Shown piece by piece: positions 62,791-64,000 of a DNA stretch of 64,000 bases (positions are counted from its first letter, which is position 1; each line of letters opens with the position of its first letter). The DNA lies in contig NMRA01000016.1 of the NCBI GenBank assembly GCA_002633005.1, positions 1,525,860 to 1,589,859 of the forward strand, read 5' to 3'. A program made the translations under genes and the position numbers. The stretch is from Phoronis australis (lineage: Eukaryota; Animalia; Phoronida). The notes beneath the pieces are model-generated. The model did no database searches and had not been told where the DNA came from. It worked only from the letters and a program-made list of their open reading frames with translations.

Positions 62791-64000
62791 GTGAGTGACA
62801 TGCTTAACGACACTTGTTGGATACAAATTGTTAATAACCATATATTCTGAGCCTTAATGCATTTTACCAGAGGTTGCTTATGGTCTTATTTGACTGGTAA
62901 TGGCTTCATGGTCATTGTTTTTGTATTTGTCTCTTTTGCATTTGTATTGATATGTAATTCTCCTTCATATAGTTGTCTGGCTCATTAACATGTATATACA
63001 GTAATACGATAAAATCTCTCCAATTTCGGACAAAAATAATTTCTTCCAAAATTGGTCTTTTTTCATTTTTCAAACACTTCTAAAAATTGTTTTGAATGTC
63101 CACAGTTGCTAGAAACATTGTCTGGATGTAGCTATGACATGGACCTTTATGGTATAGCATCTATTTGGTGCTGCTCATCTTTAATGAAAAAATGAAAACA
63201 TAAATTTCACTTGTCCGTCATACTGTGTCCTAAATTGGTGAGATTTTACCGTATACGTATTGGAGCTAATTCTGGTATTTTTCAATCGAAGATAATTTCA
63301 AAATATCTCATATCTGAGTTGTAAATAATGTCAGTGTTGCTATGTGTCATACAGTGTATTTTTTGGATCATTGAAGTATTCTGTCTCAAAAGCATTGTTT
63401 TGATTTATGTGTTTAATATCTCGCTTTACGTGACTATTCACTCGTTTACCTGAGTGTCCAGTCTCGAGTATGGGGACAAGTTGAGCTGGATCTTGACTAA
63501 CTGATACTTAACAAATTTTGGGTTGTGACAAGCAGCTGACACACTTAAATAATGGCAAATTTTCAAGATGTTTGCACGATTCTTGCCCATTTGACATCGT
63601 AATGTGTAGTGGGTTTTAAATACGCCTTTCGCTTAACACTTAAATTGTGAAGCGAAAATTTTGAATTTTCTCCCTTGATTCCACCTTAGCTTTTGTTACT
63701 GGTAAATAAGTTGCGGCCATTTTGCTAGCATTCTCGAATAAGTTCGCTAGCTTACTCACACAACATTCATTTCGCATGATTTTACGTGACATGGTTTTCT
63801 TGTTGTTTTGGTTTTCTCATAAGAAACTTGCTCCGTGGTACAACGCTCTGATTATTTTGTCAATCAACACCTCGGTATTATATGAAATGTGAAGTAGAAT
63901 TCGTGAGGTGAGGAAGTGTTTCATTTACAAGTTTTTCAATGGATAGTATCCGTGTCCAGTTAACACACTGATGTAACGTCAGGGAACAAGTTGGGTGTAG

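Overview
AT-rich, intron-rich animal genomic DNA, most likely an invertebrate; it is not prokaryotic. Three spliced genes were reconstructed by hand with GT-AG junctions and consistent reading-frame phases. (1) The 3' half of a cGMP-stimulated phosphodiesterase PDE2 (+, 13 exons, 64-11649, GAF-B plus catalytic domain). (2) Neurochondrin NCDN (-, 17 exons, 32115->18332); its 5' end stops at an N at 32116, and its last two exons appear twice in a ~2 kb duplication centred on another N at 17447. (3) The 5' part of an ARAP-family gene (+, 14 exons, 43947-62790, SAM-PH-PH-ArfGAP, running off the window). Introns and intergenic DNA hold MITEs, tRNA-derived SINEs, a foldback Kolobok-like element with a THAP remnant, and a 5'-truncated Penelope-like retroelement. 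The Penelope-like element carries a GIY-YIG remnant, a tRNA-like Pol III cassette, inverted pseudo-LTRs with a minimal hammerhead ribozyme, and a 12-bp TSD. Other highlights are an 11-copy tandem array of an NCDN splice donor, two further local exon-edge duplications, and PDE2-ARAP linkage that recalls human PDE2A-ARAP1. All calls come from reading the sequence and remembered family motifs; no database search was run.
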